Below are positions 38,693-47,905 of a DNA stretch of 64,000 nucleotides, piece after piece. The notes under the pieces are model-generated. The model was not told where the DNA came from and made no database searches. It was given only the letters and a program-made list of their open reading frames with translations. The DNA is taken from assembly GCA_027622665.1 (NCBI GenBank), contig JAQBYT010000001.1:416001-480000 (forward strand). The letters run 5' to 3'. Each line of letters opens with the position of its first letter. The first letter of the stretch is position 1. The position numbers were made by a program, and so were the translations under genes. The DNA comes from Verrucomicrobiota bacterium (GTDB taxonomy: Bacteria > Verrucomicrobiota > Verrucomicrobiia > Opitutales > Seribacteraceae).

Positions 38693-41179
38693 TCAAAGCT
38701 TATTCGACCAAAATTGTTGCACGGTCTTGGCGGCAATCTGGGCGTGGTTCACTGGCGACTTTAGCACTTGCTCGAGCAAGTCTTTGTTCACCACATTGTG
38801 CTGTTGGTAAATCCAGAGGCCTTCAAGAATGTGATGGGCATGGTCTTTGTTGCTGGAGTCAAATTGCTTAAGCCATTTCTCGGTGGCTGCAATTACTTCC
38901 TTAGTGTTCCGTTCGCTCAGTTCGATGCGAGCACGGTGACGAATGATGTTCGTGGGGTTCTTGAGGATGTCGAGTAGTGTTGCAATAGGCTGACCGTCGA
39001 CCTTTACGTGTTTCATTAGATCGCGACCTGTTGCGGTTAAGCGGTAAACGCGGCCATGAGTTTTGTCGCGGTTGGGGTCACGTACGTTGTGCTGCATGTG
39101 CCCAACAATGACATTCTGCCAGTCAGAAACATAGAGAGCTCCGTCATCACCGATTTCAATGTCGGTGGGCCGGAAGTTACGATCCTTCTCGGAGACCAAT
39201 AGGTCTTCGATGGCGGTTCCCTTGCGATTGCCGTTACCGTCATCGGCAAGCGTATACTGTTTGAGGCCGAGGAAACCGATTGAGTTGCATATTACGAAGT
39301 TTCCGTTGTTGCGTTCGGGAAAGTGGGCACTCGACAAGACGCTACTCGAACAAACTGGTCTCACGGTTTTATTTAGGAGGGATTGCATCTTGAAGCCGCC
39401 CTTTCCGTCGGGTCGTACTTGGAAGGCTCTTCCACCGGTGCCATCAGTTGCATAGTGGTAACCCCAGTAGTCAAAACTAATTCCGTGTGGGTTTGGGCTG
39501 TTGTCTGCATGCAAAGCAAATTCAGACGTTCGCGGGTTGAAGCGATACATTGCACTGTTGCCGTGCTGCTGAGGCCCCTTCCAGGGTGTCTCGACATTTG
39601 AGACGTGAAAAACGCCGCGTTGATAATATATGTGTCCGTCGGGACCGAAAACGAGGTTGTTTGCGGTGTGGTGGGTATCGGCGGAGTCTAGGCCGTGCAT
39701 GATGCGGATACGGACATCTGCGACATCGTCCCCGTCAGTATCTTTGAGGAAAATTAGATCTGGAGCGGATGCCACGATTACGCCGCCATTCCAAAACTCG
39801 AAGCCAGTGGGGTTGTGAACCTTGGCGAAGGTTATCGCCTTGTCGGCTACACCGTCACGATTTTCGTCCGGCAGGATGATGAGTGCATCGTTCATCTTCT
39901 TCAGCGGCTCCCATTTCGGATAGGTTGGCCATGCGGCGACCCAGAGTCTCCCCTTTGTGTCGACGGCCATTTGAACGGGGTTGGCGATTTCGGGAAACAT
40001 TTCTTCCGAAGCGAAGACATTGAGCTCCAAGCCTTCGGCGAGCTTCATTTGATCCACGGTTTCCTGTGCTTTGTGGTATTTGACATGTCCTTCTTTCCCT
40101 GGGTTACTGCTACGAGACTTACCGCCTACGTTTGAATCCACCTTGATTGGGGCCAGTACCTTCGAGTCGTCGGCTACAATCGTTTTTCCATTGGCGGAGG
40201 CGTGGACCACCTTGTCGCGATTTGCCGTCATGGCGTCGATCATGTCGAGCTCATGCCAAAGCACGTCTTTGTTGGACTGTCCGGCAGTGAAACGAAGGCC
40301 CGAGCGTCCACCCCAGACATCGTTGCCGTCTGTAGCCCGATAGCGGTTGAACCAATGCCAGTTTTTGTCCAGCACGGCTGATTTAGTTTGCTCAAGGCTT
40401 TTGTGCTTGGCGGGAGCGTCTTTTCCGAACAGTGCCTTGAAAATGGCTTGGGCAATTTGACGGTTACCCTCACTTGTTAGGTGTATGCCGTTGATTGTGA
40501 GCGCTTCTTTGTTTTTAGCGTATAAATCCTTGGATGAGGCAAACAGGTCGACATACTCGACCTTCTTTTCTTTTGCGACCTCGGCGGTGGCTGCTGCGTA
40601 GGCGGCGAGATGTTTGTTTTGTTCCTTGCCATCAGGCAGGTTGGGGCTTTCGAGATTCTCGTGAGCAATGGGAGAGAATAGCACGATGCGAGGGGCGCTC
40701 TTTCCGTTGTATTGCTTTCCCTTCGTCTCATCGATCCACTTGGATAGGATGCCCTTGTAGCCATCGGGGTTCTTGTCCCAGGCCTCGTTGGCCCCGAAGA
40801 AAGAGAATATAATGTCTGCTTTGGAGATGGTGAGGTAAGTGTGTGGATCTATGAATCCGCGATTGCGCGGACGTTTGTCCACCTTGTCCCCGGAGAAACC
40901 GTGATTGCGAAAGACCAATTCCTTTTCGGGCATGGCCAGTTGGGCGTAGGTTTCGAGCCAGCCATGATGCTGCATGCGCTCGGCCAAGGTGTTCCCCAAG
41001 AGCACGATATGCTCACCTTTGTTCACGTCTAGAGCATCTACTGTCGCTGTCGCGCCAAATAAGGCTAGGACGGAAAGCAGGGATTTAATGAGGCCCGCAA
41101 GGTTCAAAAGTCGCGGTGCCTTAGTATTATTCGAGGTGTCTTTTTTGAGCGATTTCATAATATTCTCGTGGCTGGTCAT
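38693..41179 (-). CDS. SGNH domain plus PVC-type putative dehydrogenase propeller plus HEAT-like protein
   Basis: LLGNTLAERMQH, TINGIHL; FASEEMFP..NPV, DTDGDDVAD, FRPTDIEIG.DGALYVSDWQN..GHMQH..RDPNRD..HGRVYR. No CxxCH. Confidence 0.85.
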   Translation of the reverse strand: MTSHENIMKSLKKDTSNNTKAPRLLNLAGLIKSLLSVLALFGATATVDALDVNKGEHIVLLGNTLAERMQHHGWLETYAQLAMPEKELVFRNHGFSGDKVDKRPRNRGFIDPHTYLTISKADIIFSFFGANEAWDKNPDGYKGILSKWIDETKGKQYNGKSAPRIVLFSPIAHENLESPNLPDGKEQNKHLAAYAAATAEVAKEKKVEYVDLFASSKDLYAKNKEALTINGIHLTSEGNRQIAQAIFKALFGKDAPAKHKSLEQTKSAVLDKNWHWFNRYRATDGNDVWGGRSGLRFTAGQSNKDVLWHELDMIDAMTANRDKVVHASANGKTIVADDSKVLAPIKVDSNVGGKSRSSNPGKEGHVKYHKAQETVDQMKLAEGLELNVFASEEMFPEIANPVQMAVDTKGRLWVAAWPTYPKWEPLKKMNDALIILPDENRDGVADKAITFAKVHNPTGFEFWNGGVIVASAPDLIFLKDTDGDDVADVRIRIMHGLDSADTHHTANNLVFGPDGHIYYQRGVFHVSNVETPWKGPQQHGNSAMYRFNPRTSEFALHADNSPNPHGISFDYWGYHYATDGTGGRAFQVRPDGKGGFKMQSLLNKTVRPVCSSSVLSSAHFPERNNGNFVICNSIGFLGLKQYTLADDGNGNRKGTAIEDLLVSEKDRNFRPTDIEIGDDGALYVSDWQNVIVGHMQHNVRDPNRDKTHGRVYRLTATGRDLMKHVKVDGQPIATLLDILKNPTNIIRHRARIELSERNTKEVIAATEKWLKQFDSSNKDHAHHILEGLWIYQQHNVVNKDLLEQVLKSPVNHAQIAAKTVQQFWSNKL

Positions 41180-41322
41180 GGGTTGATTTTCAAAAGTTTA
41201 CTTGGCTCGGGTCATCTTGGCCGTACTGGGGAAATTTTAGGCTCTGGGTAGTTAAGAAGTCTTTTCTTTTAGAGTTGTCTCGATTTGATGCGAGCGTTTT
41301 CTAGTTCATCCGAGGCGATTTT

Positions 41323-41868
41323 TTACGAGAGAAGTTTCGGTACGGACCTTTCGCGACGGGAATTTAAGTCTTGATAAGTTTGCCGACATGAATTGGCGAG
41401 ACGGTTTAGGCCATCGAGAAAGATAGCTTTATCTTCGGGCGAGAGTCCATTCAACGCTTCCTTTTCCAACGCCTTGGCGCGAACCGATGCCTTGGCATAG
41501 AGCAGGACTCCTTGAGGAGTTGGGGATACAACCAGCTTCCGCCCATCGTCGGGGTCTTTTGTTCTTTGGATGAGCGAAGCCTTTTCCATCCGTCGCATAA
41601 TTGCTGCGATGGTATTCGGGTCACTTGCCATGAGCTCGCAGAGATTTTTTTGCGAGAGGCCACGCTCGCCCTTTTCGATGGATTCAGTAAGCCAACGCAA
41701 GGCGATGTATTGATCCGGACTCAAGTTAAGGTCCGCGAGGCGGCGCATTAGGGTGTAGTTCAAACGCATCCAACACTCGCGCAAGAGCGGTGGCAGTCGA
41801 CGACGCGAGGGATGGTCGACGGGAAGGTCGGAGACCTCGCATATTTTTTTTCTTTTCATGCGTGACAA
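41323..41868 (-). CDS. MarR family transcriptional regulator
   Basis: LSPDQYIAL, SQKNL, RRMEKASLIQR..DPDDGRK..TPQG. Confidence 0.9.
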   Translation of the reverse strand: MSRMKRKKICEVSDLPVDHPSRRRLPPLLRECWMRLNYTLMRRLADLNLSPDQYIALRWLTESIEKGERGLSQKNLCELMASDPNTIAAIMRRMEKASLIQRTKDPDDGRKLVVSPTPQGVLLYAKASVRAKALEKEALNGLSPEDKAIFLDGLNRLANSCRQTYQDLNSRRERSVPKLLS

Positions 41869-41871
41869 GGT

Positions 41872-41900
41872 TTGACAAGAAAGTACGTACAGGTACTAAT
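41872..41900 (+). promoter_or_regulatory. Candidate promoter (-35 TTGACA) overlapped by palindromic MarR-type operator
   Basis: TTGACA at 41872-41877; AGTAC-GTACAG-GTACT inverted repeat at 41882-41897 between the divergent genes. The -10 box is imperfect. Confidence 0.55.
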
Positions 41901-41982
41901 TGAGTTCTCTTTTGAAATTCAACCCGAAAATCATTCTCAAAGTTTTTTGGACAAACTCGACCCTGAAGGATATTTGATCATT

Positions 41983-44349
41983 ATGACGATGCACTTTAAA
42001 TCTACCCTCAAACTTTTCCCTGCGACTTGTTTGATCTTGTTTTTGATTGGAGCCAACTCAGGATGCGTTACTTCTGGGGAGAAAGAAACTGGCGGACCGA
42101 CTACCGTGGTTGCCAAGCCTCCAACTCCGGCCGAAGCGTCGATCGTAAACTCCGATTGGCTTTATTGGCGTGGACCCCTTGGCTCCGGCGTTTCCCGGCA
42201 GACGGGTTTGCCAGATGCGCTCGACTTGAACGATTCCTCACTCCTCTGGACCCATGAAATTCAGGGTGGCGGAGTACCTGTTGCTGCGGGGGGGCGAATA
42301 TACCATTTTGGTTACTATGGCCTGACGGGCGATTTGCAAGAAGCCTTGGTTTGCATGGATGCCTTAACCGGCAAGGTTTTGTGGGAACGCCGCTACAGCG
42401 ACTTTCTAAGCGATATCGTTTACAATCGTTATGGCGTGGGCGCAGCGTGTGTAGATGGTGAGACGGGCAATGTTTATTTCCAAACTAGCACCGGCTTACT
42501 TCTTGGATTCGATAAGAATGGAAAGTCTCTTTGGGAGCGATCCTTGATGGAAGAGTTTTCTCGGCTTACTTTTCCCAACGGACGCACTGGCGGACCCTCC
42601 GTGGACGGCGATTTAGTGATAATCCATGCCATTACTGCGAACTGGGGTAGCAACGGTCCCGCGCGAGACAGGTTCTATGCCTTTGACAAGCATACGGGCG
42701 ACTTGGTCTGGTTTTCCACACCTGGCATCACACCAAAAGACAGCTCTTTTGCCCCACTTATTTTCGAAGACCTTGCGGACGGTCGCCGGGTATTTTACAG
42801 CGGCACAGGTTGCGGGAACGTGGTTTGCATCGACGCCCGCACCGGCCAACCGCTCTGGCGTTTTCAAATGTCCCACGGCGGAGTCAACTCCGGCGTCGTC
42901 TTGCATGAGGACACAGTGATTGCGATCCACGGTAAGGAAAACCTAGATGCCACCGAGATCGGCCGCATGGTGGCCATTAAGAAACCGGCTGAACTTCCTG
43001 GGCCAGGCGAACCGGCCTTGGTTCTTGGCAAGGAAGACGAAAAATGGCGCAACAATGAGCTGGAGGCTTTTACCAGTACGCCAGTCTATAGAGAGAACCG
43101 CATTTACTCGACGAGCAAAACCGGAGTACTGCTCTGTCTCAATGCTACGACCGGTGACATTATTTGGCGCATTAAGCTATCCCCCGATCAAGTACATGCG
43201 TCCCCCTTATGGGCTGACGGAAAACTCTACGTCCCGATGTTCGACGGGAAATGCTTCGTAGTTAAGGACAAGGGCGATTCCGGTGAAATTCTCGATGAGG
43301 TTCAGCTCGATGGCGCATGCCTTGCGGCGCCGTCGGCATCACACGGTCGCCTTTTCGTTCAGTCGAAGAAGCGTCTTTATTGCTTTGGGTCCAAGACGCC
43401 GGCACCTGATTTTTCGGCAACAGCCGTTGCTCAGGCAAAGGGCACGGGCGATCCCGTTGCCTTACAGGTCGTTCCTGCGGAATTCGCCGTAAAGTCGGGG
43501 ACCTCGCAAAAATTCAAGGTCTTTTCCCTCGACAAAACTGGCCGCCGCATCGCCGAATTATCGGAGGGTCTCACTTGGGAAAAGTGGATTCCGCCAACAG
43601 CGAAAGTGAAGGTGAAGGTAGATGCGGAAATTTCCAACGACGGTCTTCTTGTGGCAGCTTCCGATGCCAAGCTTTCGGCTGGAGCCTTGAGAGTGACGGA
43701 CGGCAAAGTGTTCGGAGTGACTCGAGGCCGTATCCTGCAGGACCTTCCTTATGCCGAAAACTTTGAGGACTCTTTTGTTTTAAGCCAAACATCTTCCGAC
43801 GACATTCCCTTTTCTTATCCTCCCCTGCCTTGGCTTGGAGCTCGGATGCGTTGGCAAATTCAGGAAAGCGACGGCAATAAAATAGCCGGCAACACTCTGG
43901 ATAAGGTACTCTTTCAAAGAGCCATGAACTTTGTCGGTCACAAGGACATGAGCAATTACACTGTCGAGGCGGATGTCATGACCGATGGCAATCGACGCAT
44001 CAAGTCCACCGTGGGTTTAGTTAACCAACGCTACATCATCGCCTTGGTCGGCAATTGGCAAAAGCTCGAAGTTTTTTCCAATTATGATCGGTTCAAGATT
44101 TCCGTTCCCTTTAGCATCAAAACCAATACTTGGTACCACCTGAAGACCCGTGTGGATATTGCCACCGATGGTTCGGGGGTGGTCAGGGCAAAGGCGTGGG
44201 AGAAGGGAGCCGACGAGCCGGAGGCTTGGACGATAGAAGCACCCCACGCAAATGTTCACAAGCAGGGTTCGCCGGGCATCTACGCTCTTTCGCCCCAGAG
44301 CCTAAAAAAGGTTTACATAGATAACATTTCCGTCACCTCCAACAACTAG
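41983..44349 (+). CDS. Putative lipoprotein with PQQ-like propeller and C-terminal beta-sandwich domain
   Basis: ANSGC lipobox, DWLYWRGP, repeated D..TG..LW blades; C-terminal WYHLKTRV..RAKAW..EPEAW..G.PGIY. Start at MTMHF. Confidence 0.85.
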   Translation: MTMHFKSTLKLFPATCLILFLIGANSGCVTSGEKETGGPTTVVAKPPTPAEASIVNSDWLYWRGPLGSGVSRQTGLPDALDLNDSSLLWTHEIQGGGVPVAAGGRIYHFGYYGLTGDLQEALVCMDALTGKVLWERRYSDFLSDIVYNRYGVGAACVDGETGNVYFQTSTGLLLGFDKNGKSLWERSLMEEFSRLTFPNGRTGGPSVDGDLVIIHAITANWGSNGPARDRFYAFDKHTGDLVWFSTPGITPKDSSFAPLIFEDLADGRRVFYSGTGCGNVVCIDARTGQPLWRFQMSHGGVNSGVVLHEDTVIAIHGKENLDATEIGRMVAIKKPAELPGPGEPALVLGKEDEKWRNNELEAFTSTPVYRENRIYSTSKTGVLLCLNATTGDIIWRIKLSPDQVHASPLWADGKLYVPMFDGKCFVVKDKGDSGEILDEVQLDGACLAAPSASHGRLFVQSKKRLYCFGSKTPAPDFSATAVAQAKGTGDPVALQVVPAEFAVKSGTSQKFKVFSLDKTGRRIAELSEGLTWEKWIPPTAKVKVKVDAEISNDGLLVAASDAKLSAGALRVTDGKVFGVTRGRILQDLPYAENFEDSFVLSQTSSDDIPFSYPPLPWLGARMRWQIQESDGNKIAGNTLDKVLFQRAMNFVGHKDMSNYTVEADVMTDGNRRIKSTVGLVNQRYIIALVGNWQKLEVFSNYDRFKISVPFSIKTNTWYHLKTRVDIATDGSGVVRAKAWEKGADEPEAWTIEAPHANVHKQGSPGIYALSPQSLKKVYIDNISVTSNN

Positions 44350-44361
44350 GTCGCAACCAAT

Positions 44362-45897
44362 ATGATTTTATCAACTACCATTTCAGCCAGAGCTTTCTCC
44401 ACTGGCCTTCTTGCTTTTCTTCTCGTTGCGAAAACGATGTTTGCCGCGGATTGGCCCATTTGGGGTGGCAACGGCTCCCGCAACATGGTCTCCTTCGAAA
44501 AAGGGATAAACCTGGACTTCGATCCCGGGCGTATGGACGAGGATGAAGTCGTCGACATGAAGACGACTAAAAACATCAAGTGGATCGCCAAGCTCGGCTC
44601 GCAGGCTTATGGAAACGTTACCGTGGCGGACGGACGAGTTTATGCCGGCACCAACAACGAATCCCCTCGCGACCCAACCAAAAAGGGCGATCGCGGCATT
44701 GTCATGTGCTTTGATGAAAAGACTGGTATGCTGAACTGGCAACTCGTCATCCCGAAACTTGGAGCGGGCAAGGTCAGCGATTGGGAATACATCGGGATCT
44801 GTTCCTCTCCCGCAATAGAAGGTAACAGAGCTTACGTAGTGACCAACAGGTGCGAGGTTGTCTGCCTCGACGTCGAAGGTCTCAAGAATGGCAACGAAGG
44901 CCCATTCAAGACGGAGGCCAAATACGTTAACCCAAAAGGTCAGACTGCTCCACTCCGGGAGGAGCTGGATGCAGACTTAATCTGGAAGTACGACATGCGC
45001 GATGAGCTGGGCGTCTTTCCCCACAATGTCACCAGTTCATCTGCCGTCATAGTCGGGGACTACGTATTCGTGGCCACCTCAAATGGCGTTGATTGGTCGC
45101 ACACCAACATTCCCGCCCCGCTATCCCCATGCTGGATTGCCCTCGACAAGAAAACCGGTGAACTAGTTGGTGAGGACGGTTCCGGTGCCGGAAAAGATGC
45201 CCTGCATGCAGCTTGGTCCTCCCTCACCTATGGCAAGGCGGGGGACAAGGATGTTCTTATCTGGGGCGGGACGGACGGCTTCTGCTATGGCTATGCCTCT
45301 AAGCCTCAAAAGGACGACGAAGGCTTCGATGTTTTCAACCCCATCTGGAAAGTAGATTGCAACGAGCCTCACTATCGCAAGGACAAGAATGGAAAAAAGG
45401 TTCCCTACGCGACACCTCCCGGCCCTTCTGAACTTATTGGTACGCCAGTTTTGTATGAAGGTAAGGTCTACGGAGCCATTGGGCAGGATCCTGAGCATGG
45501 CGATGGGGTGGGGCGTCTTACCTGTATCGATGCAGCAACAGGCAAGGTCGTCTGGAAGTATACCGACGTAGGCCGCACAATTTCCACCGTATCCGTAGCG
45601 GATGATCTTGTTTACATAGCAGAGTATGCCGGCATCATCCATTGTCTCGACGCCAACACCGGCAAGCTCTACTGGAAACACGATTCTTTCAGCAGGATTT
45701 GGGGATCCACATTGGTCGTGGACGGCAAAGTTCTCCTTGGCAACGAGGATGGCGACTTGATCATTCTGGACCACGGGAAGAAGAAGCCGAAGGTCAAGAC
45801 CGTGGATATGGGAGCTCCCGTATATAGTTCGCCCGTAGTGGCTAACGGTGTTCTCTACGTCGCCACCCAGACGCACCTTTACGCCATCGGGAAATAA
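44362..45897 (+). CDS. Exported PQQ-like beta-propeller protein
   Basis: Signal peptide, DWPIWGG..RN, repeated D..TG..W blades, SSPVVANGVLY. Confidence 0.88.
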   Translation: MILSTTISARAFSTGLLAFLLVAKTMFAADWPIWGGNGSRNMVSFEKGINLDFDPGRMDEDEVVDMKTTKNIKWIAKLGSQAYGNVTVADGRVYAGTNNESPRDPTKKGDRGIVMCFDEKTGMLNWQLVIPKLGAGKVSDWEYIGICSSPAIEGNRAYVVTNRCEVVCLDVEGLKNGNEGPFKTEAKYVNPKGQTAPLREELDADLIWKYDMRDELGVFPHNVTSSSAVIVGDYVFVATSNGVDWSHTNIPAPLSPCWIALDKKTGELVGEDGSGAGKDALHAAWSSLTYGKAGDKDVLIWGGTDGFCYGYASKPQKDDEGFDVFNPIWKVDCNEPHYRKDKNGKKVPYATPPGPSELIGTPVLYEGKVYGAIGQDPEHGDGVGRLTCIDAATGKVVWKYTDVGRTISTVSVADDLVYIAEYAGIIHCLDANTGKLYWKHDSFSRIWGSTLVVDGKVLLGNEDGDLIILDHGKKKPKVKTVDMGAPVYSSPVVANGVLYVATQTHLYAIGK

Positions 45898-45899
45898 CC

Positions 45900-46166
45900 G
45901 TGAGCACTACGGAATCCTCTTCCGGAAAGACCCTTGTCTGGGTACTGTTCCTGCTCATGTTTGTCCTTCATCAGGACAAATGGTGGTGGGACGACGGTAC
46001 GCTTGTCTTCGGCTTTCTACCAGTCGGGCTGGCTTTTCATGCTGCATTCTCTCTCGCTTGCGCGGCCCTTGGGTGGCTCGCCATAAAACTGGCTTGGCCG
46101 CATGACCTCGAGGCCTTCGCCGAGACCGAAACGACTGCCACCAAGATGGAAGAGGGTTCCTTATGA
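45900..46166 (+). CDS. Small two-TM symporter partner (DUF3311-like)
   Basis: LHQDKWWW..LVFGFLPVGLAFH; overlaps the symporter start. Confidence 0.75.
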   Translation: MSTTESSSGKTLVWVLFLLMFVLHQDKWWWDDGTLVFGFLPVGLAFHAAFSLACAALGWLAIKLAWPHDLEAFAETETTATKMEEGSL

Positions 46167-47869
46167 GCACTTTGGTGGTCATTGCTTGCTACCTCTGCTT
46201 GCTACTGGCGCTTGGTTTCTACAGCAGTCGCCTTTTCCGAGGCACTAGCAAGGATTATTTCGTCGCCAGTCACAGCATTGGTCCGTTCCTCCTGCTAATG
46301 AGTGTATTCGGGACTACGATGACAGCCTTTGCCCTCGTAGGTTCTACGGGAAAGTCCTTCGAGCGTGGTATTGGTACTTACGGATTGATGGCTTCCATCA
46401 GCGGACTTGTCCACGCAGCCGTTTTCTTTATCATCGGTATCCGTCTATGGGCATTCGGCAAGAAGTACGGCTATGTGACGCAGATTCAATTCTTTCGAGC
46501 ACGTTTTGAGTCAGACGGACTCGGCTACCTTCTTTTTCCCATTCTCGTCCTGCTAGTGGTCCCGTATTTGCTCATCGGGATCATTGGAGCGGGCAAGACG
46601 ATCGAACCAGTCACCGCAGGCGCCTTCCCGACAATCTTCACAGACCCATCCATTCCTGCATGGCTTGGCGGCGTCCCGCCTTGGCTTACGGGTCTCGTTG
46701 TATGTGCTGTTGTCCTAGCCTATGTCTTCATGGGCGGTTCCCGCGGGGCAGCCTATGCGAACACTTTCCAAACCATCGTCTTCATGTTTATGGGTCTGCT
46801 CGCGTTTGTATTTATAGTGAAGGCATTGGGTGGCATTGATAACGCCGGTAAGGTGGCCGCCCGCATCACCGAGGATGGAAAGATCGTGCAGGACTTCCGC
46901 TTCGACAAGAAGGCGGGAGCATTGGAAAAAAATGTGCCGCCGAAGCCCATCGGTCGGTTGTTGGAATCCGATCGAGCCCAGGAACTCGCTAATGTTCAAC
47001 CGCACTTCACGCGCACTCCAATCGATGTCGAGTTCAAGAAGAAGAATCCTGAAACGGGCAAGATTTCTTCCTTCGAGCGCCAACTGGGCATACCCTTCCT
47101 GACTTTTCTTAGCTATCTCTTCATTCCTCTCAGTGTGGGCATGTTCCCCCACCTTTTCCAGCATTGGCTAACGGCCAAGAGCGCCAAGGCTTTTCGCCTT
47201 ACAGTTATCGCCCACCCGCTCTGCATTATGGTGGTTTGGGCGCCGTGCGTTCTCATCGGCGCATGGGCCTCGGGTCTGTTGCCGCCGGGAATCCCGCCGC
47301 CCGCGGTACTCTCTGCTATGCTTAAATTACTTGTGGGCGACCCCATCCTGACCGGACTGCTTACTGCGGGAGTTTTGGCGGCCATAATGTCCTCACTGGA
47401 TTCACAATTCCTTTGCATGGGCACGATCTTCACCAACGACATCGTGCTTCACCGAGCCGGGAAGGAAAAGTACTCGGACAAGCAAATCATCTTTATCGCT
47501 CGCGCATTCATCGTCGGTATTGTGGTCTTAACCTATGTGCTTGCGATGTGGGCGAAGGACGCCAACGTATTCGATCTCGCGATTTGGTGCTTCAGTGGAT
47601 TTGCCGCTCTCTTTCCCCTCGTCGTCGCGGCCTTGTACTGGAAACGGGCCACCAAGGAGGGAGCTTGCTCCGGAATCATCGCTGCGATGGTGGTGTGGCT
47701 TTATTATTTCCAGCAATCAGGTTATGGAGGTGAATACGTGGTAGGGCCGGGCATCGTTCCCGCGGCCATTTGTTTCGTCGCTTCGGCGGTTGCTCTAGTG
47801 GCGGTTTCGCTCGTAACCAAACCTCCCTCGAAAGAGACCCTCGACAAGTTTTTCCCCGATGCGGCCTAG
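46163..47869 (+). CDS. Sodium:solute symporter family protein
   Basis: DYFVASHSIG, multiple TMs, PHLFQH, LAAIMSSLDSQ, LYWKRAT..GA. Confidence 0.92.
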   Translation: MSTLVVIACYLCLLLALGFYSSRLFRGTSKDYFVASHSIGPFLLLMSVFGTTMTAFALVGSTGKSFERGIGTYGLMASISGLVHAAVFFIIGIRLWAFGKKYGYVTQIQFFRARFESDGLGYLLFPILVLLVVPYLLIGIIGAGKTIEPVTAGAFPTIFTDPSIPAWLGGVPPWLTGLVVCAVVLAYVFMGGSRGAAYANTFQTIVFMFMGLLAFVFIVKALGGIDNAGKVAARITEDGKIVQDFRFDKKAGALEKNVPPKPIGRLLESDRAQELANVQPHFTRTPIDVEFKKKNPETGKISSFERQLGIPFLTFLSYLFIPLSVGMFPHLFQHWLTAKSAKAFRLTVIAHPLCIMVVWAPCVLIGAWASGLLPPGIPPPAVLSAMLKLLVGDPILTGLLTAGVLAAIMSSLDSQFLCMGTIFTNDIVLHRAGKEKYSDKQIIFIARAFIVGIVVLTYVLAMWAKDANVFDLAIWCFSGFAALFPLVVAALYWKRATKEGACSGIIAAMVVWLYYFQQSGYGGEYVVGPGIVPAAICFVASAVALVAVSLVTKPPSKETLDKFFPDAA

Positions 47870-47905
47870 GTTGAGTAACGTCGGATAATCATTTTATTGT
47901 TTTTT

